A DNA stretch of 64,000 nt from positions 1-64,000 of the IMG/VR virus record IMGVR_UViG_3300012012_001194; one strand, given 5' to 3'. Below the pieces are notes generated by a model that did not search any database, had not been told where the DNA came from, and saw only the letters and a list, made by a program, of their open reading frames with translations. The translations under genes were made by a program, and so were the position numbers. Of the stretch, positions 28,808 through 38,804 are shown in pieces. This DNA is from a virus. Positions within the stretch are counted from its first letter, which is position 1. Every line of letters begins with the position of its first letter.

Positions 28808-29284
28808 CTAGTTCATGTCGACTTCAGTATATTCAAGATCAAGCATAATACCGTTAATATTAGAATTGATCAAATTATCTTGGGCAGCCACAGAGAAGCC
28901 AACTTGTTGCAGCAATACGCTTTTCAAAGAAAGGCTAAGGCTGCCCCCGTTCTTACCGTCAATTTGACAGTAAGAGTTAGGAATAAGAAGGTTTAACTGC
29001 CTGTTTCCGACGCAAGGGTTAGCCAAGTCAGTGATGTTGCTGAGGGCCTCGCTGCCGAAACCAAGTACCTGGCCGATGGTGAAAGTACCACTTGCTTTGC
29101 CAACAACGTAGAAGCGCTTGTCAGAGCCTACTTCAAACAAAGGTTGGACAGGCTGCTGGTGAGTTACTTGCAAGTTCTGAACTAAGGTTAGGTCTTTGCC
29201 GGCGAACTTTAAAGCTGTGCCGGCAGTGGTCCTAAAAGCGCCTTGGTAGTTAGATGCAGAGTTTTCTCCGAAGATTGATGCCAT
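28808..29284 (-). CDS. Tail tube protein, paralog 1
   Basis: 158 aa; directly after sheath; QPVQPLFEVGSDKRFYVVG. Confidence 0.8.
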   Translation of the reverse strand: MASIFGENSASNYQGAFRTTAGTALKFAGKDLTLVQNLQVTHQQPVQPLFEVGSDKRFYVVGKASGTFTIGQVLGFGSEALSNITDLANPCVGNRQLNLLIPNSYCQIDGKNGGSLSLSLKSVLLQQVGFSVAAQDNLINSNINGIMLDLEYTEVDMN

Positions 29285-29320
29285 GTTATTGGCCTCCTAT
29301 AGTTAATTGCACTTATGAAC

Positions 29321-32086
29321 TTACACAACTAACTTAAGTTCAATGTTATTAAGAGGATAAGGAATGGTAAGGTTAACAATCGCCACAATGTGGTCCTTAA
29401 GAACAGCATGTTGGCGGAGCTCAGCAATGGTGTAATCCAGAAGCTGAGGTCCAATGCTGTTAGTTCCTACCGATGTCTTAAAGCCATCACCAATACCTTT
29501 AAGGGTAATGCTGATGTTAGTAAGGGTAAGGGGAGTGATGTTAGACCTTCCAATGTAAGGCACCAAACCGCTTCGGAATGCATAGCTCATATTATCGACA
29601 TTGGTTCGGACCTGTTCTTCACGGCGATTTAAGTCCGTGTTGTTGGTCGTTACCGCATGACGATTGATAAAGCTACCGTCTTCTGCTTTGATGATAATCC
29701 AACCGCCGTCTCCGGCGATAGTATTAAGCTGAGCACTGTTGAAGCCGTTGATGGCGTCTCCAACATAGTCGATACCTGATACTGATACGCTGGTAAGGCC
29801 TTGGTGAGGGTTTACACCAGAACGAAGACCGGCAATAGCCGCAGCTAAGAAGTAGCTAGGCTGATTGGTGTATCCGCTCAAGGTTAAGTTATCGTTAGCG
29901 ATAGCAACGACTCGAGTAGAGGAGTACTTGCCAGCAGCTTGACCGATAGCGTTAGAATACTCGGTGTTGTTCTGGGTTCTCCAAATCTCGACCTTCTGAG
30001 CTACGGCTACCGCTGCTGCGGGGCCGGCACTAAGTCGAAGCGTGTTTTCAGATACTACAGAGTCAACAGTGTACTCAGTGTAGCTGATACGGGAAAACCC
30101 GTCAGTAACAAAGAAGTATCTAACCTTATCTCCAGCTCTTACTTTATTAGTAATAAACTTGGCGTTGTTAGCAGGAACGCTTAAGCGAGTATACTGCGTT
30201 CCAGAGGTCAATGGATCGTCGCTGATGGTTGCTAAGACCGTGCCCAAGTCGGATGACTTAGTGGAGTTAACAACAGCGGCGGTCCGTTCAACCTTAGTGC
30301 CGACAACTACAGCTCTCCAACGACCTACCTCTGCTCCTGACTGGTCTTCAGCGTGAGCTTTGTAGGCGTCGACAACCACTTGGGTGGTGGTAAGCGGAAC
30401 AAGGTTATAAAGGTCTTCACGATCACCGAGAAGATCAAGCACCGCCAACCAGTCGTCTGTTACAGCGGGGTTAGATACGGCGGTGAAGCGGACTTCTTGA
30501 CCGTTTGAGTTCTGAAGCGCCATGAATACGCCCCAGCAAAGAGGGTTGTCAGGGTGCAGCGTACCAAGCAAAGCTGGTAAGTCGCCTACATCATTGAGGG
30601 TTCCAAACTCGCCAACATAACGTTGTAGCCAAGCTCGGTATTCAACATATATTTCGCCTGCTTCTACAGGAAGGGCCGCTTTAACGCCATCATCAGTCCA
30701 GCTGTCAAAGAAAGCAGTTGGGTGATCTTGAATGACTAGTTCAGTAGCGCTAGCGGTGTAGTTAACAAGGGGCGCTGTTTCTTCACGGTTCATAGGAACC
30801 AAGAGGTTAGTGACAATATAAAGCTTGATGTCTAAGTCAGCAGCGCTTTGAATTTCAACTGGAAGGTCGTCTTCAAGAACTAGCGTTCTGTAGAAACCTT
30901 CAACTGAAGCGGTAGCTATGATGTAGTACTTATCACCTTTGCAGAGGCCCGTGCCGCTGAAAGCAACAGTAACACCTTGGTTACCGACGCTGACTGCCGT
31001 AGCTGCCGCAGTAACTGCAACAGCAGCGCTAAAGTCTACGCCATTAGTAGTGGAGACAGAGATTTCAGGGGACGATGCAAATGCCCCACCTTTAGTTACT
31101 TCAACGATGTAAGTAGTGTCGCCATCGCCAGTGTAGGTTCCAGCTTTAGTTGCGACAGGAGGAGTGAAGTCTTGAACTACATGCACTCTCCACTTCTGCC
31201 CTACTACTAAGTCATCAGGGCTAACGCTGTCACCAACAGCCGCTGAGGAGGCTGAGGCCGTAGCATTAATGTCGAACTCTACTTTAAGCCCTCTTGTGCC
31301 GATAGTGGTAAACCCACCAGCTGCCGCAGGGGTAACAGAGGCTACGTTATCAAGGCCTGAGCTAGTAGTTACACGGAGTAGGCCAGTGGTCAGATCTCCA
31401 TCTCTGGAGCTCTGAGTAACTTCAATAGTGTAGTACTCGTCAAGTACGCCATCTTCTCGGCCATCATAGGCGGAGCCATCAGCAGTGACAGTAATACAGT
31501 TCTGGACTGTACCAAGGTCATCTACGCTGGTGCCCGCGCTTAAGGCAGCCTTGTTTGTAGTAGCTGATGTGGCAGCTGCGGTAGAACTAGCTACAGTGTC
31601 ACCAATGAATCCAGCGATCTTAGTATTTAATTCGTAAGTGGTGCCGCTAGCAACCCCGCGAACATAAACGGCGTCGCCAATTTTAGCGCCACGGTCTTTA
31701 AACACGGCAGATTTAGCATAGGATGCGCCGTTGCTAGCAAAGGCTACACCATTAGCTTTAATTCTATTAGGGTAACTAGCTACGGGAACAACAGTGTCGT
31801 AAACACCTGCGTTGTTTTCATAGTATTTTAACTTAGCGTTATCTAAATACAGCTTAACATAGGTAGTGTCTACTACTGAGCCAGTAGTAAGGCCTGGCCA
31901 GCTGTAAGAGGTATCAGATAAGGGGTCAAGCTCACCTAGGTAGGTTATCAGCTTTTCGTCAGCTACGCTGTATCTAAACAGCTCAGCATGACCGCCACTG
32001 ATATGACAGTTTAATACGCCAGCGGTAGCAACGGGTGCTAATCGGAATTCTTGGAATACTTTAACTTGCGGCAGAACATATGCCAT
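29321..32086 (-). CDS. Contractile tail sheath protein
   Basis: 921 aa; N-terminal YVLPQVKVFQEF and C-terminal IPYPLNNIELKLVV typical of sheaths; followed by tube genes. Confidence 0.88.
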   Translation of the reverse strand: MAYVLPQVKVFQEFRLAPVATAGVLNCHISGGHAELFRYSVADEKLITYLGELDPLSDTSYSWPGLTTGSVVDTTYVKLYLDNAKLKYYENNAGVYDTVVPVASYPNRIKANGVAFASNGASYAKSAVFKDRGAKIGDAVYVRGVASGTTYELNTKIAGFIGDTVASSTAAATSATTNKAALSAGTSVDDLGTVQNCITVTADGSAYDGREDGVLDEYYTIEVTQSSRDGDLTTGLLRVTTSSGLDNVASVTPAAAGGFTTIGTRGLKVEFDINATASASSAAVGDSVSPDDLVVGQKWRVHVVQDFTPPVATKAGTYTGDGDTTYIVEVTKGGAFASSPEISVSTTNGVDFSAAVAVTAAATAVSVGNQGVTVAFSGTGLCKGDKYYIIATASVEGFYRTLVLEDDLPVEIQSAADLDIKLYIVTNLLVPMNREETAPLVNYTASATELVIQDHPTAFFDSWTDDGVKAALPVEAGEIYVEYRAWLQRYVGEFGTLNDVGDLPALLGTLHPDNPLCWGVFMALQNSNGQEVRFTAVSNPAVTDDWLAVLDLLGDREDLYNLVPLTTTQVVVDAYKAHAEDQSGAEVGRWRAVVVGTKVERTAAVVNSTKSSDLGTVLATISDDPLTSGTQYTRLSVPANNAKFITNKVRAGDKVRYFFVTDGFSRISYTEYTVDSVVSENTLRLSAGPAAAVAVAQKVEIWRTQNNTEYSNAIGQAAGKYSSTRVVAIANDNLTLSGYTNQPSYFLAAAIAGLRSGVNPHQGLTSVSVSGIDYVGDAINGFNSAQLNTIAGDGGWIIIKAEDGSFINRHAVTTNNTDLNRREEQVRTNVDNMSYAFRSGLVPYIGRSNITPLTLTNISITLKGIGDGFKTSVGTNSIGPQLLDYTIAELRQHAVLKDHIVAIVNLTIPYPLNNIELKLVV

Positions 32087-32122
32087 GATGATTGGCCTCC
32101 GTGCCTGTTAGTGCGCCCCGTC

Positions 32123-32746
32123 TTAGGGCAGGTAAGAAGATAAATTAACCCTCTTTAAAATCGGCCCTTGCTGGGCCACTGTCCAAACCTCTTGTCCAGT
32201 GTACTGTATGACTATGGGAGCTGCATAGTTCTCTTTTGCTTCTTCTAACTGGAAAAGTTCTCCAAGCTCCACTGCTTCAAACTTAACTAAATTAAGGATA
32301 TTTGCAATAACTAATCCGTAGGTATTCAAATCTTTAAATACTTCTCCAGAAATTATCTCAGATTGTGCTCCACTATTTGATATGCAAAACAGAGTATGGG
32401 AGCCTGTCATAAGCCTTCCATATCGCTGTGATCCTAGGTGAACGTTGTCTATTCCAGCGCTGTCATTTAACACCAACCTACTTGAAGCCCAGCTTCCTCT
32501 TTTAATAATTATAGCAGGTCTTTTTTCTGTCGCCTCTGGTTTCCACCTAGTTATTGACTCAATAAGTATGCCAGTGGGCTGTGTAGCCTTCCACAGCATC
32601 CCTCTTAGTTGCTCGGTTTCAATGTTATCAGCGTCAGAAAACCTATTAGTGAGCCAATCCCGCAAAAACCCAGTAACAATATGGGGTGTCATGCCGAGAG
32701 CGCAGAGGTTGTTACCCGTATCAAAAGCGGGTTTAGGATCACTCAT
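32123..32746 (-). CDS. Putative tail terminator/completion protein
   Basis: 207 aa; RPAIIIKRG motif; between neck and sheath genes. Confidence 0.6.
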   Translation of the reverse strand: MSDPKPAFDTGNNLCALGMTPHIVTGFLRDWLTNRFSDADNIETEQLRGMLWKATQPTGILIESITRWKPEATEKRPAIIIKRGSWASSRLVLNDSAGIDNVHLGSQRYGRLMTGSHTLFCISNSGAQSEIISGEVFKDLNTYGLVIANILNLVKFEAVELGELFQLEEAKENYAAPIVIQYTGQEVWTVAQQGPILKRVNLSSYLP

Positions 32747-32952
32747 TACTTCTTACCTTTTGGATTCATAAAACTAAAATCAGGCTTATAAGGTTTAGGC
32801 GGTTCTACTTTTGGAAGCTCTGGTTGTTTAGTGGAGACGTCTCCACTGCGCCCGCCTAATGACTTTACATGGGCAGCCATCTTGTCAAAAGTCGATTCAT
32901 GGCCAAACAGTGAGTGAGTGTCCATCATTCTAGGGGCTCGTTTCTCCATCAT
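32746..32952 (-). CDS. Small hypothetical protein with K-x-A motifs
   Basis: 68 aa; coupled to both neighbours; EKRA, DKMA. Confidence 0.6.
   Translation of the reverse strand: MMEKRAPRMMDTHSLFGHESTFDKMAAHVKSLGGRSGDVSTKQPELPKVEPPKPYKPDFSFMNPKGKK
32831..32846. repeat. Dispersed palindrome copy 4 (perfect 16-mer, extends to 18)
   Basis: Read as SGDVST in 32746..32952. Confidence 0.95.
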
Positions 32953-33761
32953 ATTCCATTCTCCGGTATAGTGTAAACAACGTCAGAGAACGGGGCCATC
33001 CTAAGATTCACAGCCGCCACGATGTTGTATCCCCTTATAGTAATCAATTCCGTATATTCATGCACGATGTATCTTCTACCGCTACCCTTATCCCAGATTA
33101 CATCTTGGCTGCTTAATACTGCATCGCTTATTATTCTACAGTTTTGTGTAGTTCCCTGACTTGAAGTGCCCACCTTTTGTGTATCTTGCTGCTCCGTCTC
33201 ATTTGAGACCTGCATGTCCACTAATATAGGGACGGCGGAATAGTAGCCGTTTACAAACCCGGTTCCAAGACACACCTGGCAATTACCGTCAATTGGCTCA
33301 TCGGTAAGCGGGTCTGCGCATCGTGTGCACTTTGTACCAATACGCTTTCTTTTAAATAAAACCGTATCTGGAACTGAAACAAACCGCTGCATTCTAAGCG
33401 TTTCTTTTCTAAGTATCTCTCTGGCTATGCGCCAAGTTCTGTAATCAACCCCTGAGTCCGAAGATATAACAGGGGAGTAATAGGTACCAGAATAAGTTAT
33501 TAGCTTAACTCTATAGAACCAATCCAGCTCCTTACCAAACAATCTAGCCTCATCATCCACTAAGTACCAAGTATTAATAGCTGGAATGCCTATGGCAGTA
33601 AAGTCAGCAGTCTCTCCAGAGGAGCTGGCTCCCTCTAAGATAAAGTAATAAGGGCCGACGTCGGTAAATAGCCGGTTCAATTCCCATTCGACTACTGTGC
33701 CGCCAGAAGGGGAGAACCTTATAGAGGTTCGTTCAAACGGTTCTATTCCTTGGATAGGCAT
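32949..33761 (-). CDS. Putative neck/head-closure protein with Zn-binding Cys pairs
   Basis: 270 aa; CTRC...CQVCLGTGFVNGY; head-tail junction position. Confidence 0.6.
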   Translation of the reverse strand: MPIQGIEPFERTSIRFSPSGGTVVEWELNRLFTDVGPYYFILEGASSSGETADFTAIGIPAINTWYLVDDEARLFGKELDWFYRVKLITYSGTYYSPVISSDSGVDYRTWRIAREILRKETLRMQRFVSVPDTVLFKRKRIGTKCTRCADPLTDEPIDGNCQVCLGTGFVNGYYSAVPILVDMQVSNETEQQDTQKVGTSSQGTTQNCRIISDAVLSSQDVIWDKGSGRRYIVHEYTELITIRGYNIVAAVNLRMAPFSDVVYTIPENGI

Positions 33762-34093
33762 GGTCGATTCCTCACCTTCTTAAGGTGGGCCTCACAGTCC
33801 CTGACGACATCTGGGTTCCAAGACACGTATGAGTGAAGGTGGCCAAAAACAAAGTGGCAATTGCTAGGCTTAGAGCATAGAACAATAAAGTTATCATCGT
33901 CTAGCTCCTTAGTTGGATCAACCTGTACTGGGATCTTATGGTGCACAACGAGGTTCTTCGATGCTCCACAGGCTGCGCAGTTCTTACCTTTTACAAAGTT
34001 ATTACGTACGGTGGGCCACTTGCCTGACCTCGAGCTCAATATCCAGCTTATTGCACTTACAGCCGCATTCCCTAACGACTTTAATGTTATCAC
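33743..34093 (-). CDS. Small HNH endonuclease
   Basis: CAACG...VHHKIP...NFIVLC...CHFVFGH. Confidence 0.85.
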   Translation of the reverse strand: MITLKSLGNAAVSAISWILSSRSGKWPTVRNNFVKGKNCAACGASKNLVVHHKIPVQVDPTKELDDDNFIVLCSKPSNCHFVFGHLHSYVSWNPDVVRDCEAHLKKVRNRPCLSKE

Positions 34094-35016
34094 CTGTACC
34101 TTCCAAGCCCGTTATAGGCAGAGCTAAAAGAGCCATCCCAGGCTTCTTTGTTGATTTGAACTTTAACCATCCGGACCCACTTCAGGTAATCCTGAAGCAT
34201 GCGCTCCCCTATGGCCTCATACTCCTGTGACTTATTCTTGTCATCTATAGATAGGCCACCAGCGTTGTAATTAAGCTGATTTCTTCGATAGTGCTTGGCA
34301 GCTGCTAAGTACAGCTCTCCCATAATCCCGTTGATAATAGCAGAGGTATCTGGGAAATTTAAGGTGGTGAATTTTAGCCGTATTGGAGGTTGCATCGTGT
34401 TCCAGTATTGGACACAGACAATCATCGCTTCACAAATCTCCGAAAGGTCGAACTCAAGGGTATTAAGTAGCGGGTTATCAGCAGGTCCGTTGTCCCGAAG
34501 GTAAACCCTGATTGTTTCGACAGCCGGTATACCTGAATTTGGAAGAGCTGACGACGTAGCAAACTGACTATTCTCGACTACAAGAAAAAACTTGTTAGAG
34601 GTGAGCAGCTCTCCCTCGGCTGATAGTACGCCCCAGTTACCTTCAAATATGCCCTTGTTACGAGTTGCACTTGCTGGGATCCTAGCCCTTACTACTCCGG
34701 CGGCTGCGTTTACAAATAGCCCCTCTACGTCAACAAGAGGGGCGGCCGTACTAGGGGCAAACACCTCTTTAGCTTTTAGGACGACTCGGCCTTGAGGGCC
34801 TGCCGAGCTTGATGAGCTTGAGTAGTCAGTAAAGCCGCAACTGGTAAAGTTTATGGGCCTGCCTTCAGAGTCTCTGAGGACCATCTCGATAACAGGGGCC
34901 ATGCCTTGAGACGTGCTCACTGCCGCTGTCTTAGTTAAGACAGGTCTCCCGTCCACTCTTGTGATGCTAGGTCTGAGCACTAGCTGGTCCGAACACTCGA
35001 TGATAGACGGGTCCAT
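34090..35016 (-). CDS. Putative head-tail adaptor with N-terminal Ig-like domain
   Basis: 308 aa; beta-sandwich N-terminus with Ser tract; helical C-terminus IRVYLRD...YNAGGLSIDDKNK. Confidence 0.55.
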   Translation of the reverse strand: MDPSIIECSDQLVLRPSITRVDGRPVLTKTAAVSTSQGMAPVIEMVLRDSEGRPINFTSCGFTDYSSSSSSAGPQGRVVLKAKEVFAPSTAAPLVDVEGLFVNAAAGVVRARIPASATRNKGIFEGNWGVLSAEGELLTSNKFFLVVENSQFATSSALPNSGIPAVETIRVYLRDNGPADNPLLNTLEFDLSEICEAMIVCVQYWNTMQPPIRLKFTTLNFPDTSAIINGIMGELYLAAAKHYRRNQLNYNAGGLSIDDKNKSQEYEAIGERMLQDYLKWVRMVKVQINKEAWDGSFSSAYNGLGRYR

Positions 35017-35031
35017 GATTACTCCAGATGC

Positions 35032-36291
35032 TTATATTTTACAAGGCCCTGGTTGGTGTTGCCCTTTCAATGCACACAGGTCAGCGTAAACATAAAGGAT
35101 ATTGTTATTCTTATGAAAGTCCGAAGGGGCCGCAGTCCAAAGCCTCGCTGCTTGGAATCTGCAATCTACTTCCGGTACATACTTAGAGTAGTTCCTATCA
35201 GTATAATACCAAAAAGAGTTTTGATTAATATAGTTAATGTGAGTCGGATCCTGCGTAGCGCCCCTACCATCGGAGCTAGGTGTGCCGGATAGGATGAAGC
35301 CACCGGGGGCTAGAACCCTATAAAAGTCGTTCATACACGCTACAAACTTGTCCCTGGGGATATGCGTTAACACATCGAAGGCCCTAATAATACCAACCGA
35401 GTTGTTATCAAAGGGGAGCGGGGACTCTCCTATCTTATGGATAATGTCTGCTTCCCTCACGTCTAGGCTCTTATAGCCTTTTGGAGAAGGGGACCCTCCT
35501 CCTAAATTAATCATAGGAAGGTTACCTCTCTTGCACCACTCTTCACATAGTTTGTGCAGGTATCGGTTGTAGTTGTTGTTTTGGCCCTTAGCTATCTTAT
35601 CAGCCTTAGCCACAAACGAGTTGCTCTTCTTAGGGTCAAGAATTCTGCGGTATAAATACAGGCACTCTTCGTGATAGTAGAATTTAGCCCCTGTTAAATA
35701 GGTTTTGCATACCAAATCATGGTCGTCACAAACCTCCATGGCGACGTCATGGCCTCCAGCCTGATAATAAACATCTCTATGCCAAGCTCTGACATGGTTA
35801 GGGGCGTAATAGATTTGCCCTAGCGAACTTGGGCTGTCAGGAAAGCACTTATGGGCTACATACTGCTTGCCTTCATAAGTGTAGTCGTAGGTCTTCCATC
35901 CATAAAGGTTGTTATAGACCTCAGGAGAGCCGTTGGGGTAGTAGCTGGCGAAGTCTGAGTAATGAAAGCCAGGACCCTCAGCCATATGGCGGTCAAACAT
36001 CCTTTGTAGCGCTGTGTCTACTAAGATGTCATCATGGTCTAACTCTACATAGATGTCCCCAGTAGCGTGGCTGCATGCGTAGCTCTTCAAAGCCCCGATC
36101 TTAGCCGACTTTACTGGTTTTAATAAAACTCTAGGGTCTGTGGCTATGTCTTGAGGTATGGATAATGGGGTATCGCCGTTTGGCACAATGATCCATTCCC
36201 AGTTTGTGTAAGTCTGCTTCTTTAAGCTAATATAGCAATCGTTTATCCAAGTTGTATCGTTGGTCGGAGTGAATACGCTAAACTTAATCAC
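35032..36291 (-). CDS. Glycosyltransferase family 2 fused to a class I SAM methyltransferase-like domain
   Basis: FSVFTPT...SLKKQTYTNWEWIIV, ELDHDD (DxD); C-terminal INLGGG, LPFDNNSV, RVLAPGG. Confidence 0.88.
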   Translation of the reverse strand: MIKFSVFTPTNDTTWINDCYISLKKQTYTNWEWIIVPNGDTPLSIPQDIATDPRVLLKPVKSAKIGALKSYACSHATGDIYVELDHDDILVDTALQRMFDRHMAEGPGFHYSDFASYYPNGSPEVYNNLYGWKTYDYTYEGKQYVAHKCFPDSPSSLGQIYYAPNHVRAWHRDVYYQAGGHDVAMEVCDDHDLVCKTYLTGAKFYYHEECLYLYRRILDPKKSNSFVAKADKIAKGQNNNYNRYLHKLCEEWCKRGNLPMINLGGGSPSPKGYKSLDVREADIIHKIGESPLPFDNNSVGIIRAFDVLTHIPRDKFVACMNDFYRVLAPGGFILSGTPSSDGRGATQDPTHINYINQNSFWYYTDRNYSKYVPEVDCRFQAARLWTAAPSDFHKNNNILYVYADLCALKGQHQPGPCKI

Positions 36292-36381
36292 TGTGCCACG
36301 TCTTTCTGTAAAGGATTAGATGCCACAACTATAGGAGCATAGAATAGCTAATGTTGTGTTTAATTTCTAGCCGTATTAAAT

Positions 36382-36409
36382 AAAAAAACCCCGGCCTAGG
36401 CCGGGGTTT
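36382..36409 (-). terminator. Intrinsic terminator ending the capsid gene block
   Basis: AAACCCCGGCCTAGGCCGGGGTTTTTTT on the minus strand. Confidence 0.9.
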
Positions 36410-36430
36410 AGTTTTATGAATAAAATCAAA

Positions 36431-36763
36431 CTAGATAGAGCTTGAGTAATTTACGCCACAAGGATCAGCGGTGCTGATGGAGTTATTGTCTACCTTAATC
36501 GTCTTGGTTACGTCAAGGGTTTCATCGTAGAAAAATGGCGAAGGCGAACTAACAATAGCGATGTCTCCTGCCTTAACTGAGGTGATAAAGGCTTCTCTCT
36601 TCCTTTTGGAAGTGATGGCCTGAAGAAGTCCGGGCATGGAGCCAAAGAAGGTATACTCGTCGCCAGCTGCGAGTCTCTTCCCATGAGGAGGAAGAAAGCC
36701 GAAGACAGCAGTCTTTCCAGACATATTCCTGACTTTAGTTTCCAAACAAGTTGAATCAGCCAT
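36431..36763 (-). CDS. Small hypothetical head-region protein
   Basis: 110 aa; AAGGAGGT RBS; ends YSSSI. Confidence 0.75.
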   Translation of the reverse strand: MADSTCLETKVRNMSGKTAVFGFLPPHGKRLAAGDEYTFFGSMPGLLQAITSKRKREAFITSVKAGDIAIVSSPSPFFYDETLDVTKTIKVDNNSISTADPCGVNYSSSI

Positions 36764-36777
36764 GATAACCTCCTTGG

Positions 36778-37173
36778 TTAGTTTGCGTCAGCAGACATCT
36801 GCTTAGCTATGGCGCCGTGGTATGTTAGCACTGCGTCAAAAAGGTCAGGCCTAGAGGCAAGCTCATAAGATGCCGTTTTGACAACAGAGTTAAGTTGATT
36901 GTCAGCTGAGGAGCCAACAAGGCCACCGAGCTGTCGATTAGCTATGTTTAAAAAGCTGGTTTGTGCGGACGCACTCTTAACACTCTCTTGAGCGCTGGCT
37001 TCACCAAGTCTGGCAGCCATCTCAAGGAGGCTTGAGACTTCTTCATCGTTCTGTGGAACGATGTTGTAGTCACTTGCTAGCTTCTCAAGAAAAACAGGAA
37101 CAAAGACTTCACGCACAAGAGTAGCGTGTGCAGCTTGAGCTTGATTAAGCTCTTCATGCGTTAAATTAGACAT
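36778..37173 (-). CDS. Putative internal head protein with K-x-A motifs
   Basis: 131 aa; EKLA, VKSA, VKTA; directly downstream of the capsid gene. Confidence 0.65.
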   Translation of the reverse strand: MSNLTHEELNQAQAAHATLVREVFVPVFLEKLASDYNIVPQNDEEVSSLLEMAARLGEASAQESVKSASAQTSFLNIANRQLGGLVGSSADNQLNSVVKTASYELASRPDLFDAVLTYHGAIAKQMSADAN

Positions 37174-37199
37174 TATTAGCCTCCAGACCTAAGATTAAA

Positions 37200-37221
37200 G
37201 GGGCCGTTGTTAGACGGCCCC
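37200..37221 (-). terminator. Stem-loop right after the major capsid gene (weak terminator or mRNA stabiliser)
   Basis: GGGGCCGT/ACGGCCCC 8-bp stem with a 6-nt loop; only a short U tract. Confidence 0.6.
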
Positions 37222-37227
37222 AGCCCA

Positions 37228-38157
37228 TTACGCAAAGTCAACTCGAGCAACTGCATTGGTGTTGCCGATAGCACCACCAAGAGTTTCATAAGCGAAGAAT
37301 TCCAACATGTAGGCTTTTCGGTCTACATAGAGGGTTGTATCTTCAAGAATGAAGCTTTTGCCCAGGAATTTAGGATCAGCGAACATAAAGATGCTGTCAG
37401 TAGGAACCAAGTCCTGTTTAATGGAGATGATCCAACGAGCATTCATAAAGCTCTGCTCTGACCAGCCGTTCTTGAATACGTCCTGACTGAAGTCCCCACC
37501 CATTTCTTCACGACCGAATTTCATCAGTTCACGAATAGTGAGGTTGTTGACTAAGCAGGTGCCTACTTCAAGGCGACTGATTGTTCTTGGAAGAATCTTG
37601 AATGCATCTTGCAAGGTGTCACGGGTAATACCACCATAGATGGTTTCCCATTGGACCAAGCCAGACTGGGTAACGGTAGCATCAGCTGCGCTTCCCATAG
37701 CTGCATTACAAGCGGAAATAAATTTCCTATCTTCTTCCGCTAACATATCTTTAATGGCATTATCCGAGAGGATTTGCCTGATGTCCATGCGGTAAGTACG
37801 AAGTTCATCTACGTCCTTTGTGAATCGTGGGGTCACGATACGGTCAAAGGTTACACGATACTTCTGACCACGAACATAAAGGTTCATAGGAAGAGTATTG
37901 AATGGGATCGAGATTGCTGCTGGAGAATCAGGTTCACGTTCAATAATCTTTACAGGCTTATCAGTGTCGACTTGTTGATCAAGATCGTCATTGCTAACCT
38001 GAACTGGTGGAAGAATTCTTCGGTAGAAGCCTTCTTCACGCATTCTGTACCTGGTGTAATCGACCACTGCATCAAGTGCTCGTTTTTCCATTCCAGGAGT
38101 TTCAAGATAGCTGAGGAATGTTTCATTCGTCAGCTTAGTTTCATTATCGTAAGCCAT
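37228..38157 (-). CDS. Major capsid protein (HK97 fold)
   Basis: 309 aa; follows protease, scaffold and decoration genes; strong RBS and downstream hairpin; C-terminal FFAYETLGGAIGNTNAVARVDF fits the HK97 fold. Confidence 0.78.
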   Translation of the reverse strand: MAYDNETKLTNETFLSYLETPGMEKRALDAVVDYTRYRMREEGFYRRILPPVQVSNDDLDQQVDTDKPVKIIEREPDSPAAISIPFNTLPMNLYVRGQKYRVTFDRIVTPRFTKDVDELRTYRMDIRQILSDNAIKDMLAEEDRKFISACNAAMGSAADATVTQSGLVQWETIYGGITRDTLQDAFKILPRTISRLEVGTCLVNNLTIRELMKFGREEMGGDFSQDVFKNGWSEQSFMNARWIISIKQDLVPTDSIFMFADPKFLGKSFILEDTTLYVDRKAYMLEFFAYETLGGAIGNTNAVARVDFA

Positions 38158-38174
38158 GGTAGCTCTCCTCCTGT

Positions 38175-38747
38175 TTAGTAGGCTGTTTTGCCGGGTTTGT
38201 AGGTAGGCCAGAACGCCAATACGTTATTGCGGTCTGACTGGCGTTTACGGACGCCACGGGAAACAACACCTACTACAGCGGTAGGATTAGTACTGCCGCT
38301 AAGCGCTGTAGAATCTTCTAAGGTAACAACACTTTGGTTGGTCAAAAGACCACCGTCAGCGCTGCTGTTAGAGCTGCTCTTGCAGCGAAGGAACTCATTA
38401 GGAGCATAAGTAAAACCAGAGTCAAACTCAGTGGTTTCTAATTCATAAGCACCTAAGGCTACAAGGCCAGTAACGGTACCTGTAGGCCCGATGGGGTACC
38501 AAGTGGTTCCACCAGAGTTAGAGACGTCGTTATCGTCGCTGTTTTGAAGCAAGAAGATAGGAACCTGTGAACCAGTTGCGCCGAGTTCAAACTCGCCGCT
38601 TGCATTCAAATGGACACATCGTCCAGCGTACACAGTCGTTACAGTTACATTACTTGACAGCTTGGCTGTGTAGTCCAATGCTGCCATGTGAAACCAACCC
38701 TTGATCGCATCAAGAGTATGGTCAAACATCTGGCGTGGTGTTGCCAT
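38175..38747 (-). CDS. Putative capsid decoration/cement protein
   Basis: 190 aa, Gly/Thr/Ser beta-rich; immediately upstream of the capsid gene. Confidence 0.6.
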   Translation of the reverse strand: MATPRQMFDHTLDAIKGWFHMAALDYTAKLSSNVTVTTVYAGRCVHLNASGEFELGATGSQVPIFLLQNSDDNDVSNSGGTTWYPIGPTGTVTGLVALGAYELETTEFDSGFTYAPNEFLRCKSSSNSSADGGLLTNQSVVTLEDSTALSGSTNPTAVVGVVSRGVRKRQSDRNNVLAFWPTYKPGKTAY

Positions 38748-38804
38748 TATTGAAGACCTCCGTGTCTGTTGGCTACAAATCTAGCGCGGGTTAAACCAAG
38801 ACAC

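Noticed and set aside
12187-32086. Tailocin, eCIS or T6SS locus
   Set aside because: Capsid, prohead protease and neck genes are present in the same operon
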